Part shown: positions 17,907 to 26,816 of the stretch, in pieces | Position numbering within the stretch: the first letter of the stretch is position 1 | How the letters are laid out: every line of letters begins with the position of its first letter | DNA from: Gemmatimonadota bacterium | GTDB taxonomy: Bacteria > Gemmatimonadota > Gemmatimonadetes > JACCXV01 > JAHWKZ01 | Reading direction: 5' to 3' | Assembly (NCBI GenBank): GCA_050732875.1 | Contig: JBOHRQ010000006.1 | Location: forward strand, 5,666 to 69,665 | DNA length: 64,000 bases | The notes under the pieces: generated by a model | What the model was told of the DNA's origin: nothing | The model's database searches: none | The model's input: only the letters and a program-made list of their open reading frames with translations | Position numbers and translations under genes: made by a program

Positions 17907-18908
17907 ATGACCCGCATCATCCGCCAGGACGAGGTCCCCGCTCTCCTCCCGATGGAGGAGTGCATCGAGGTCGTCGAGGAGGCGCTTCGCGCGCTGGCCG
18001 TGGACGACGCGGTCCAGCCGCTGCGCCGCGCGATGTGGCTCCCCGACCGCAGCGGGCTTCTCGGGCTCATGCCCGCGCACCTCGGTCCGCCCAGAACGAT
18101 GGGTGTCAAGGTGATCAGCCTCATGCCGGGAAATCACGGGACGGAGCTCGATGCCCACCAGGGCGCCGTGCTCGTGTTCGAGGCCGAGCGTGGACGGCTT
18201 TTGGCCGTGGTCGATGCGAGCTCGATCACCGCGATCCGGACCGCCGCGGCGAGCGCGGTCGCGACCCGGGCGCTGGCTCGCGAGGACGCGCGCGACCTGG
18301 CGGTCCTGGGAGCGGGCGTCCAGGCACGGTCGCATCTGGAGGCGATCCCGATCGTACGCGAGATCCGGAGCGTCCGCGTATGGAGCCGGAGCGCCGACCA
18401 TGCGCGGGCCTTCGCCCGACGGGAATCGGAGCGCCACGGCATGGATGTCCGGGCGGTCGCGACGGCCCGTGAGGCGGTCGAAGACGCGGACCTCGTCTGC
18501 ACCACGACCTCCGCCACGGAGCCCGTCCTCGAGGGTGCGTGGCTCTCGCCCGGAGCCCACGTCAACGCGGTCGGGGCCTGCCTCCCGACCGCGCGTGAGC
18601 TGGACGCGGAGACCGTCCTCCGCTCCCGGTTCTATGTCGACACCCGCGAAGGTGCGCTCCACGAGGCGGGCGACTTTCTGATCCCGAAGGCGGCGGGCAA
18701 AGTCGACGACGACCACATCGCGGGCGAGATCGGCGATGTGCTGATCGGGAAGGTTCCCGGCCGCCGATCCCCCGACGAGATCACCGTGTTTGAGTCGCTC
18801 GGGATCGGGATCTACGACCTGGCCGCCGCGTACCGCGTGTGGCGCAACGCCGAGGCGGCCGGGGCCGGGATCGAGGTCGAGCTGGGCGGCCGGCGAACGC
18901 CAACTTGA
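17907..18908 (+). CDS. Ornithine cyclodeaminase / mu-crystallin family protein
   Basis: MTRIIRQDEVPALLPMEECIEVVEEA...; Rossmann motif VLGAGVQARSHLEAI; ~333 aa. Confidence 0.85.
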   Translation: MTRIIRQDEVPALLPMEECIEVVEEALRALAVDDAVQPLRRAMWLPDRSGLLGLMPAHLGPPRTMGVKVISLMPGNHGTELDAHQGAVLVFEAERGRLLAVVDASSITAIRTAAASAVATRALAREDARDLAVLGAGVQARSHLEAIPIVREIRSVRVWSRSADHARAFARRESERHGMDVRAVATAREAVEDADLVCTTTSATEPVLEGAWLSPGAHVNAVGACLPTARELDAETVLRSRFYVDTREGALHEAGDFLIPKAAGKVDDDHIAGEIGDVLIGKVPGRRSPDEITVFESLGIGIYDLAAAYRVWRNAEAAGAGIEVELGGRRTPT

Positions 18909-19885
18909 GCGCCATCTCCGACCGCCCGCCTCTCCAGGCCCCCTCTCTCGCCGCCATCCACGACGCGCGCGAGCGGATTCGGGACCTGGCCCTCCGGACA
19001 CCCCTCGTCCGGCTGAACGTCGAAGACGCGCCGGCCGAGATCTGGCTCAAGCTCGAGAACCTCCAGCCGATCGGCTCGTTCAAGATTCGCGGAGCGGGTA
19101 ACGCGATGCGGTCGATCCCGGCACAGGAGCTCCGGGACGGCGTCTATACGGCCAGCGCGGGCAACATGGCGCAGGGAGTCGCCTGGGTCGCCCGCGAGCT
19201 CGGGATTCCGTGCTCGGTGGTCGTCCCCGACCGCGCGCCGCGGGCCAAGCTGGACGCGATCGGGCGGCTGAGCGCCCGCGCGATCAAGGTTCCCTTCGAT
19301 GAGTGGTGGCAGGTGATCGTCGACCACAGATTCGACGAGGTGGCCGGCCGCATGATCCACCCCTTCGCCGACCCCGCCGTGATGGCCGGGAACGGCACGA
19401 TCGGGCTCGAGATCCTCGAGGATCTTCCCGAATGCGACGCCGTGCTCGTTCCCTATGGTGGCGGCGGGCTCTCCTGCGGGATCGCGGCCGCCGTCAAGGC
19501 GTCGGCGCCCGCCGTAAAGGTCTTCGCAGTCGAAGTCGAGACCGCCGCGCCGCTCGCCGCAGCGCTGGAGGCCGGCGAGCCGGCACAGGTCGAGATGACG
19601 CCGAGCTTCGTCGACGGGATCGGGAGCGCTCGCGTGGTGGACGAGATCTGGCCCCTCGCGCGCTCCCTCCTCGACGGCTCCCTCGTGGTCCGGCTCGACG
19701 AGGTCGAAGAGGCGATCCGGCTTCTGGCGGGAAGGAATCGCGTCGTGGCCGAGGGTGCCGGAGCTGTGGCCGTTGCCGCCGCGCGCGCGGGAAAGGCCGG
19801 CGCAGGTCGCGTCGCCTGCATCATCTCCGGTGGCAACATCGACGCCGACAAGCTGTCGCGGATTCTCGAAGGCCAGGCTATCTGA
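18905..19885 (+). CDS. Threonine/serine dehydratase family PLP-dependent enzyme
   Basis: PLP-lysine motif GSFKIRGAGN; glycine-rich loop GGGGLSCG; putative TTG start overlapping the stop of the cyclodeaminase gene. Confidence 0.8.
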   Translation: MSAISDRPPLQAPSLAAIHDARERIRDLALRTPLVRLNVEDAPAEIWLKLENLQPIGSFKIRGAGNAMRSIPAQELRDGVYTASAGNMAQGVAWVARELGIPCSVVVPDRAPRAKLDAIGRLSARAIKVPFDEWWQVIVDHRFDEVAGRMIHPFADPAVMAGNGTIGLEILEDLPECDAVLVPYGGGGLSCGIAAAVKASAPAVKVFAVEVETAAPLAAALEAGEPAQVEMTPSFVDGIGSARVVDEIWPLARSLLDGSLVVRLDEVEEAIRLLAGRNRVVAEGAGAVAVAAARAGKAGAGRVACIISGGNIDADKLSRILEGQAI

Positions 19886-20051
19886 CCGGGAACCTGCCCT
19901 TCTGCGCACAACTCGCTAGACTCAACGGCGATCTTAGGGGCTTCGATCCGACCCCTTCCGAGATCGTGGACCGTTGGGCGGTCCTTTCACGACCTCCCCG
20001 TTCCGGCCCACGGAAACCAAACGCAGGATTCTCCCAGGAGGAGTGTTTGGG

Positions 20052-20783
20052 ATGAGAACTATGCAGCGCTTTGTTCTGGCTCTCGCAGTCGTGGCGATCC
20101 TCGGCATGGGAATGACGGCCCTTCCCGCCGTGGCCCAGGTGGATACCCCCGTCTCCCCCGTTGCCGAGGTGCTCGATGACCAGACCCTCGACGCGCTCGC
20201 GGCGATCCGTACCGCCACGTCGAAGTACGAGAACGTCGAGGTCGCGCTCGCCGAGGGCTATGTCCGCGATCCCATGAATCTCTGCTCGCTTCCGGCCGAG
20301 GAAGGCCTCCCCGTTCAACTCGGCGCGATGGGGATCCATTTCTTCCGGCCCGACCTCCTTGAGATCACGGCGATGGGGCCACGCGTGGCCGGAACCGGCA
20401 CGCACACCGACTTCATGCAGCCCTCGGTCCTCATCTACTACCCGGACGAGACCGGCGCGCTCAAGCTGGGCGCGGTCGAGAACCTGGTCTTCGAAGAGGG
20501 GTTGAAGGCCGCGGGGAACGCCGGCCCACCCGAGTTCCACGGTCGCCAGTACTGGCACCGGATCGACAATCCAGCGACGCCGGATTTCGATGAGGCCCAC
20601 CTGTTCGAGCCTCACTACGAGCTCCACATCTGGCTTTACAAGGACAACCCGAGCGGGATGTTCAGCCCCTACAATTCAGCCCTGAGCTGCGACACGCACG
20701 ACGGCCCCAAGACGATGGCCGAGGGGATGGCATACATGGCGGCGCACGCCCCTGAGGCAGGCGCGCAGGCTCAGTCCCAGTGA
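20052..20783 (+). CDS. Hypothetical secreted protein
   Basis: Signal peptide MRTMQRFVLALAVVAILGMGMTALPAVAQ. Confidence 0.6.
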   Translation: MRTMQRFVLALAVVAILGMGMTALPAVAQVDTPVSPVAEVLDDQTLDALAAIRTATSKYENVEVALAEGYVRDPMNLCSLPAEEGLPVQLGAMGIHFFRPDLLEITAMGPRVAGTGTHTDFMQPSVLIYYPDETGALKLGAVENLVFEEGLKAAGNAGPPEFHGRQYWHRIDNPATPDFDEAHLFEPHYELHIWLYKDNPSGMFSPYNSALSCDTHDGPKTMAEGMAYMAAHAPEAGAQAQSQ

Positions 20784-20796
20784 TCGGGGGCCGAGG

Positions 20797-22113
20797 CTAG
20801 GGGCTGGAGATCTCCCGGACGATCCAGTCGGCTGGACCCTCTTCTGAAACAATCTCCCAGCCCTCCTCGAGGGCGAGCGTCCAGCCCTCGCCCTCCGTCG
20901 GCGGGCCGTCCGCGCCGGCGGGGGCCGCGACGACCACGCCCGTGATCTGTCCTTCTGCGTTCCTTGTGAGCAGCGCCGATTCGGCCTCGAGGATCCCCCA
21001 GGCGTCGACCACCCGGACCGGCTCGTAGACCGTTCCCACCTCGTCCAGCGAGACCGCGGCGTTGGGATCGAAGGAGTACCGGAAGTCCGCACCCGGTGTC
21101 ATCCGCAGGGTGGGGCCTTCCAGGAACCGGTCGCGGAGCTCCGCCAGCCGTTCCCGCCGCTGGCTCTCCCGCGCGGTCTCGAGGGCGATCAGGCGTTCCC
21201 CGCCGTAGGGTTCGAGACGCGCCTCGACCGGACGGGCGGTGGGCGTGATTTCGTAGGCTTCAGCGAGCAGATCCCGGAGCGAGGCTCCGTCGACCAGCGC
21301 CTGGCGCCAGGCCGGGTTTCTGACGTCCAGCAGGAGACCGTACGCGGGCCCGGTGGCGTAGGCGAACGAGCGAGTCAGACTCGTCCTCTCTTCCCGCTCC
21401 TCGAGTGCCGCTGCCGCCCGGTCGGGGAGGACGGCTTCGGGAAGTCCGCTCAGGACCAGGCCGGTGTACTCCGCCATCCCCTCGTTCCGTTCCAGGATGT
21501 CCTCCTCGGCGGCCGCCTCGCGGAAGAGCGAGCGTCGCCGCTCCCGGAAGGCGAGCGCGTCCTCGACCGCGGCCCGGCGTTCGGCGCCCTCGTGCGTCAA
21601 TGCGCGCGCGAGTGCGCGCATCTCGAGCCGCAGCCAGATCCTCCCGTCCTTCGTGTCCAGGTGCGCGTTCGTCGGATTCCCGGCCGGGAGCCCGATGTCG
21701 TCCTGCGCCCGATGGAACATCTCGTGGAGGAGGAGCCGGTTACGCTCGTGAGGGATGGACGGGGTCGGCCATAGGACCATGGTCCAGCGCCGCCCGGCCC
21801 ATTCGGTCGCGGAGTTGGCGGCAATCATCGTCTCCGGAAAGGTGCCGACCCAGACGCCGTCCCGCTCCTCCAGCACCCCTTCCATGTCCGCCCGGTCGGC
21901 GGCCACGAAGCGCGTGGCGCGGTCCACCAGGAAGATCGGGCCGTACAGCTCGGCTCCCCAGAGCCGGCCGCCGTCCGCCTCACTCGCCTGGCGCGCCGCC
22001 TCGAAGGCGCGCCGCGCCTCGTCGAGATCGATCGCCGGCTCCTGGGCGTGCGCCAGAACGGGCAGGTGAAGTAAGACTGAGGCAGCCAGAACGAGTCGGC
22101 ACGATAGGATCAT
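20797..22113 (-). CDS. Secreted protein with HExxH zinc-metallopeptidase-like motif
   Basis: Signal peptide MILSCRLVLAASVLLHLPVLAHA; LLLHEMFHRAQ motif. Confidence 0.65.
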   Translation of the reverse strand: MILSCRLVLAASVLLHLPVLAHAQEPAIDLDEARRAFEAARQASEADGGRLWGAELYGPIFLVDRATRFVAADRADMEGVLEERDGVWVGTFPETMIAANSATEWAGRRWTMVLWPTPSIPHERNRLLLHEMFHRAQDDIGLPAGNPTNAHLDTKDGRIWLRLEMRALARALTHEGAERRAAVEDALAFRERRRSLFREAAAEEDILERNEGMAEYTGLVLSGLPEAVLPDRAAAALEEREERTSLTRSFAYATGPAYGLLLDVRNPAWRQALVDGASLRDLLAEAYEITPTARPVEARLEPYGGERLIALETARESQRRERLAELRDRFLEGPTLRMTPGADFRYSFDPNAAVSLDEVGTVYEPVRVVDAWGILEAESALLTRNAEGQITGVVVAAPAGADGPPTEGEGWTLALEEGWEIVSEEGPADWIVREISSP

Positions 22114-22155
22114 AGGAGCTAGACGCTCGGCGACTCGGGCGCGCCAGGCAACCGT

Positions 22156-24783
22156 CTACGACTCCAGCCGCCGGAGCGCGGCGCGGGCGTTCTCGACCAT
22201 CGGCTGGAGCTCCGGGTCGGCATCCCGCCAGAGATCGACGAACTCCCGATACTCCGCCACGGCGCGCTCGACATCGCCGGCCCGCTGGTAGATCCCGGCG
22301 CGAGCGAGATGCGCGGGAGCCCGGTAGACGAGACCGTAGGGCGAGGCTTCGAGGGAGGCATGCCAGCGGAGCGCCTCCTCCCCGCGCCCCACTTCCTCGA
22401 GCGCCTTGGCCCGCAGGAAGCGGGGAAACCCGTAGGAGTAGATGTCCGAGATGAAGATGAGCGGGTAGGCCACCCCCATCTTCATCGCCTCGAAGCTCTC
22501 GAGGGCCCGCGCCGGATCGTCCGATAGCCAGGCCTCGTACCCTTCGACCGCCCGCGCCAGGTCCGAGCCCAGCGTTCCCGCTTCCGGGATCCCGCCCAGC
22601 CGCTCGAGCTCGGCCACCGACGAACGTACGAGGCCGGGCCGCTCCAACCGGGCTCCGAGGAGGCCGATCAGATAGCTCCGTACGAAGGGCTCGATCCCCT
22701 GGTGGTCGACGCTCCGGTCGCCTTCGGTCGACGTGGTCGGGAGGTTCCGGGCCTCGGCGAGGAGGGCGGCGAGCGTATCCTCGGAGGCGGGGACGAAGGG
22801 CAGGAGCCGCAGGGTCGCGCGGTAGTACGTCTCGAGCGCCGGGCCGGCCAGCCCGCGCGCGCGATCGAGCTCGGCGAGGCCCGCCTTCCATCGACCGCCC
22901 GCCAGATGCACGCAGCCCAGCCACAGTTGACCCACGCCGCGTATCTGGGTGGAGCGGATCGGCTCGGTCATGAGACGAGCCAGACGCTCGACGTCGTCCA
23001 GGTCTCCCGCGTACAGGGTGACGCTCCCCACCGCCAGCATCAGCGTGATGTCGGGCGCGGTCCGGAGCTCCGACAGGACCTCCGCCTCACGCTCCGGGTC
23101 ATCTTGGGCGAACGCCTGGACGGCGAGAACCTCCAACGCCCGTTCTCCTCCACCTGCGATCGTGACGAAGCGATCCACCAGCGAATCCATCTCGGCCAGC
23201 CTGTCCTCGGCCGCCTCGAGCCGGATCAGGTGGAGCATCGCCGTGGCGTTGTCGGGCTCGAAATCGAGGACGCGGCCGAACGCCTCCCGCGCCCGGGTCT
23301 GCGGTTGCCCGTGCAACGGGCCCAGATGGAAGAGGATCTCGCCCAGCTCGAACCAGGCCAGGACGTCGTCGGGGTAGCGCCCGAGGAGCGCGCGATAGAG
23401 CCGTTCCGCCTCCTCCGCGGAGCCCCGCCGGAGCGCGAGCGACGCCTCGAGGAGCGCCCGGTCGCGATCGGAGAGACGGTCGCTGTAGCGACGCGCCTTC
23501 TCGGCCGCGTCCGCCGCGATGTCCCCTCGCAGCGAAGCGTACTCGGCCGCGGCCGCCAGCCGGTAATACGCGAGCGCGAACAGGCTGTCTTCGGTCACCG
23601 CCCGCTGGAACGCCTCTGTAGCCTCCAGGTACTCGCCGGTCCGGAACGCCCGCTCGCCGGTCAGGTAGGCCTTGAGGGCGGGAAGAGACGAGGTCGTGAC
23701 CGCCGCGATCCGGTCGACCCGGGCCCCCGGCTCGCCGTCCAGGCCGCCCAGGATCCGGGCGGCGATCTGATCGACCATCTCGAACACGTCGGCGGCGTTG
23801 CCCTCGGTGCTCGCCTCCGCCATCGACTCGGCCGTGTCGGTCCGGTAAACCGAGGCATCGATCCTGAGCCGGTCTCCCGCCTCGACGACTTCGCCCAGGA
23901 TATAGAGCCCCGCGCCGAAGCCTCGGGCGACCTCGGCCGCGCGCTCCGGATCGAGCTCGCCCTCCACGCTTCGGTCGATCGACCCGAGCAGCGCCCGCGA
24001 GTCCACGCTGCGAAGATCTCCTGCGCCGTCCAGCTTCGTGCCGAGGAGGTTGACCATGCCCTCGCCGAGATAGGCGACCGCTTCGGAGCCGCGAACGGTG
24101 AACGGCATGGTCGCGATCACCGCGTTCGACAGTCCTTCCGGGGCCGGACCGCTGGCTTCGCTTCCCTGCCGGAGACCGAGAGCGAGTGCGAGGAGGGCGA
24201 TGCCGGCGAGCGCTGCGCTCCCGATCCATCGGGCCTTGCCGAATGAGAGCTCCGGAACCCAGCGGCCCGTACGGAAGGCGGGGCCCGGCGGCTGCGCCGA
24301 AAGGGCGTAGAGACGCCACGAACCCGGCACGCCCTTCAGTTCGCGCTCGCCGCGATCCTCGAACTGGAAGCCCGTCCCGACCACCAGTTCGCGGACCGTG
24401 CCCGAGACCAGGATCTCGCCCGGCTCCGCCGCCGCAGCGACCCGGGAACCGATGTGGACGCCGAGCCCGCCCAGGTCGCGGCCGGTCCCGTCGACCTCGC
24501 CGGCATGAATCCCGGCTCGAATCTCGAGACCGAGATCCTTCACCGACTCGCGGATCGCCCAAGCGCACCGGATGGCGCTCGCCGGGCGGTCGAAGGCGAC
24601 CAGAAACCCGTCGCCCGCCGTGTTCGCTTCGCGGCCCTTGAAGCGGCGAATCTCGCTCCTCACGCGCCCGTGGTGCTGGGCCTGGAGCTTCCGCCACTCG
24701 TGATCGCCAAGCTCGGCGGCCCGCTCCGTCGAGCCGACGATGTCGGTGAAGAGAACGGTGGTGACGGAGCGGCGGTCGCGCAT
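22156..24783 (-). CDS. Class III adenylate/guanylate cyclase with TM segment, TolB-like domain and long TPR region
   Basis: MRDRRSVTTVLFTDIVGSTERAAELGD...GDGFLVAF...; TM segment GSAALAGIALLALAL; VIATMPFTVRGSEAVAYLGEGM is TolB-N-like; TPR repeats. Confidence 0.9.
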   Translation of the reverse strand: MRDRRSVTTVLFTDIVGSTERAAELGDHEWRKLQAQHHGRVRSEIRRFKGREANTAGDGFLVAFDRPASAIRCAWAIRESVKDLGLEIRAGIHAGEVDGTGRDLGGLGVHIGSRVAAAAEPGEILVSGTVRELVVGTGFQFEDRGERELKGVPGSWRLYALSAQPPGPAFRTGRWVPELSFGKARWIGSAALAGIALLALALGLRQGSEASGPAPEGLSNAVIATMPFTVRGSEAVAYLGEGMVNLLGTKLDGAGDLRSVDSRALLGSIDRSVEGELDPERAAEVARGFGAGLYILGEVVEAGDRLRIDASVYRTDTAESMAEASTEGNAADVFEMVDQIAARILGGLDGEPGARVDRIAAVTTSSLPALKAYLTGERAFRTGEYLEATEAFQRAVTEDSLFALAYYRLAAAAEYASLRGDIAADAAEKARRYSDRLSDRDRALLEASLALRRGSAEEAERLYRALLGRYPDDVLAWFELGEILFHLGPLHGQPQTRAREAFGRVLDFEPDNATAMLHLIRLEAAEDRLAEMDSLVDRFVTIAGGGERALEVLAVQAFAQDDPEREAEVLSELRTAPDITLMLAVGSVTLYAGDLDDVERLARLMTEPIRSTQIRGVGQLWLGCVHLAGGRWKAGLAELDRARGLAGPALETYYRATLRLLPFVPASEDTLAALLAEARNLPTTSTEGDRSVDHQGIEPFVRSYLIGLLGARLERPGLVRSSVAELERLGGIPEAGTLGSDLARAVEGYEAWLSDDPARALESFEAMKMGVAYPLIFISDIYSYGFPRFLRAKALEEVGRGEEALRWHASLEASPYGLVYRAPAHLARAGIYQRAGDVERAVAEYREFVDLWRDADPELQPMVENARAALRRLES

Positions 24784-24808
24784 GGCGGTCAGGCGGACCG
24801 ATCCCTCG

Positions 24809-25216
24809 TCACGATCCCTCCGGCCGGTAGGTGCCGAAGCCCCACAGATGACCCTCGAGATCCCGGACCGAGTACTCGCGGCCACCATAGTCCGTATCCT
24901 GGATCTCGCGGACGATCTCGGCGCCGGCCGCCTTCGCGCGCTCGTAGTGCGCGTCGACGTCCGCCACGTAGACGTAAACCCCTTGCTTCTCGGTCGCCCA
25001 CGGGTTGTCTTTCTCCTGGGAGCGGGCCGAGCCCAGCATGATGACGCCCGGCCCGAACTTCAGCTCCGCGTGGGCCACAGTCCCCTCCGCACCTTGCACA
25101 ACCATCTGCTCCTCGAACCCGAACACCCGCTCCAGCCACTCGACCGCGGCCGGGCCATCCTTGTAGCGGAGAGCGGGGAAGATGTTGGGGGCGACGTCCT
25201 TTATGGGTTCGTTCAT
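24809..25216 (-). CDS. VOC (glyoxalase/bleomycin-resistance) family protein, PhnB-like
   Basis: MNEPIKDVAPNIFPALRYKDGPAAVEWLERVFGFEE... Confidence 0.75.
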   Translation of the reverse strand: MNEPIKDVAPNIFPALRYKDGPAAVEWLERVFGFEEQMVVQGAEGTVAHAELKFGPGVIMLGSARSQEKDNPWATEKQGVYVYVADVDAHYERAKAAGAEIVREIQDTDYGGREYSVRDLEGHLWGFGTYRPEGS

Positions 25217-25352
25217 GGGATCCTCCTTCCCCATTCACGATCAGTGCCCGGTAGCTTGGGCCTTGTCCAATAACAGCGAATCTATAGGGAGGATGTCGGT
25301 GCGTGGGGCGAAAGACAAGCCGCGCAAGTTTCCTCGACGATCGAATCACGGA

Positions 25353-25622
25353 TCAGAGACGCGTCAGCAGCTTCTCGTAGTCTCCGTGTGATCCGATCCA
25401 GAACCAGATCACGGTATCCTTGTCCTTCACCGCCAAGGCCCGATATCCCAGGCCGACGCGTGCAGAGAAGATTGGCCGCTTTGTATGTGCCTGCTTGAAG
25501 CTGAGACCCGGATGCCTGGGGTCTCGCTGAAAGAACTGGTAAGCTACACGTGCCTGCGCCTGAACCTGTGGCGGCAAGGCGGCAAACGTGTCCCGAAATC
25601 GCCTAGTCGTGTGAGAGGTCAG
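25353..25622 (-). CDS. RelE/ParE family type II toxin (start codon uncertain)
   Basis: TRRFRDTFAALPPQVQAQARVAYQFFQRDPRHPGLSFKQ...YRALAVKDKDTVIWFWIGSHGDYEKLL. There is no ATG/GTG/TTG after the antitoxin stop; the first in-frame candidate is a CTG overlapping that stop. The upstream part of the track ORF (TTG start at 25730) looks non-coding. Confidence 0.6.
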   Translation of the reverse strand: MTSHTTRRFRDTFAALPPQVQAQARVAYQFFQRDPRHPGLSFKQAHTKRPIFSARVGLGYRALAVKDKDTVIWFWIGSHGDYEKLLTRL

Positions 25623-25837
25623 AGATCGTCGGGCTCGAGGGGACTCGTACGACCGGCTCGATGTTCTCTGAGGGCCTCGTCCGCAAGCTCTTCCAGTGCC
25701 CTGGAGCTCTTCGCGAACGACGCATCCCAAAGCCCTTCGACCGTCACCTCGATGAGGATCGCCGCTGCGAGCGCGTCTTGTTCGTCGGGCGGGAGCCTGG
25801 ACGCTTCCTCGAAAGCTTCCTTCAACTTGCTGGTCAT
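25619..25837 (-). CDS. Antitoxin of the RelE/ParE module (addiction-module component)
   Basis: MTSKLKEAFEEASRLPPDEQDALAAAILIE..., directly upstream of and overlapping the toxin. Confidence 0.6.
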   Translation of the reverse strand: MTSKLKEAFEEASRLPPDEQDALAAAILIEVTVEGLWDASFAKSSRALEELADEALREHRAGRTSPLEPDDL

Positions 25838-25993
25838 CGGTAACTCGCTTTCCCCTCGCGACGTCACACGGGGAAGATAGCCCGACGTGGGATTCCTAGG
25901 CCATTGTCAGGATCCCATCGCCTGCCCGTCTGTCAGGTCCAGGCATAGCAGTTCCCGTGCCACCGGGATGACCGTGACCGGCCATACGTCCCA

Positions 25994-26785
25994 TCAATCT
26001 ACCTGGTCGTCTACGCTAACGACCCAATAGATCTCTGTCGCAAGGCCGGGATTTACCGCGTACACGGAGGAAGGAATCGCTCCCAGGTCTCCGCGAGCGA
26101 TGACACTTCGAAGCCGGGCGAGAATCACTCCATCCTCAGGCTCCGGTAGAAGCTCGCGCTGGATTATGACCGGCTCGTCCGGCGCTTGGTCCAGATGAAC
26201 AAGGACCCTGCGATCTCCTGCCGTAAGCACTACGAGGCCTGCTGTGAATCCTGGTGTCGGTGTTGGTAAAAGTCCCGAGGTCTCGATGGCGAGTCGAAGA
26301 TCTTCTTCGGCATCCAGAAACAGGGTGTCAGGCCCGACCCGCGCGATAGCGCTCCACCGAACAGGGCCATAGTCCGGAGAGAGGCCTTGAACCTCCGGCG
26401 GCTCGAAACTCATGGGGCGTTCGAGCAGATCCGCGGGATCGACCGGGACTTCCATCTCGTACTCGTAGTGCACTCCGGGTCCCCTGGGTGGGAAGATCGG
26501 GTCCGACTCGAGGGAAAACCCCATGATCCTCAGCGTGAGATCCGGGGCAGGTCTTGGCTCTCCGTTCTCCAGGCCGGGACTGAACATGGCCCGGATCCGC
26601 AAGAGGGGCCCGAGCGACCCGAGACTATCCACGTACTCCGCATCCACTTCGAGAATAGCTGGCGCAACGCTCGAAAAGATCGGCCCGGTAATGGGATCGG
26701 TCGAGCCGTCATCGCACTGCACGGCGACACCGATCGTCACGACCGCCGCCGCCCTCAACCTCAATGACGTCAAGCAGACCCGCAT
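25994..26785 (-). CDS. Hypothetical lipoprotein
   Basis: MRVCLTSLRLRAAAVVTIGVAVQC (signal peptide with lipobox). Confidence 0.55.
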   Translation of the reverse strand: MRVCLTSLRLRAAAVVTIGVAVQCDDGSTDPITGPIFSSVAPAILEVDAEYVDSLGSLGPLLRIRAMFSPGLENGEPRPAPDLTLRIMGFSLESDPIFPPRGPGVHYEYEMEVPVDPADLLERPMSFEPPEVQGLSPDYGPVRWSAIARVGPDTLFLDAEEDLRLAIETSGLLPTPTPGFTAGLVVLTAGDRRVLVHLDQAPDEPVIIQRELLPEPEDGVILARLRSVIARGDLGAIPSSVYAVNPGLATEIYWVVSVDDQVD

Positions 26786-26816
26786 CGATCCGGCCCACGT
26801 GTCCGCTCGCATAAAC

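Noticed and set aside
18812-19909. 365-aa minus-strand ORF opposite the threonine dehydratase gene.
   Set aside because: Antisense artefact; the plus-strand product has the PLP-lysine motif and a proper domain order.
22702-24697. Long ORFs (514 aa plus strand, 532 aa minus strand) inside the cyclase-TPR gene.
   Set aside because: Alternative-frame and antisense artefacts of the 876-aa cyclase gene; Arg/Gly/Pro-rich.
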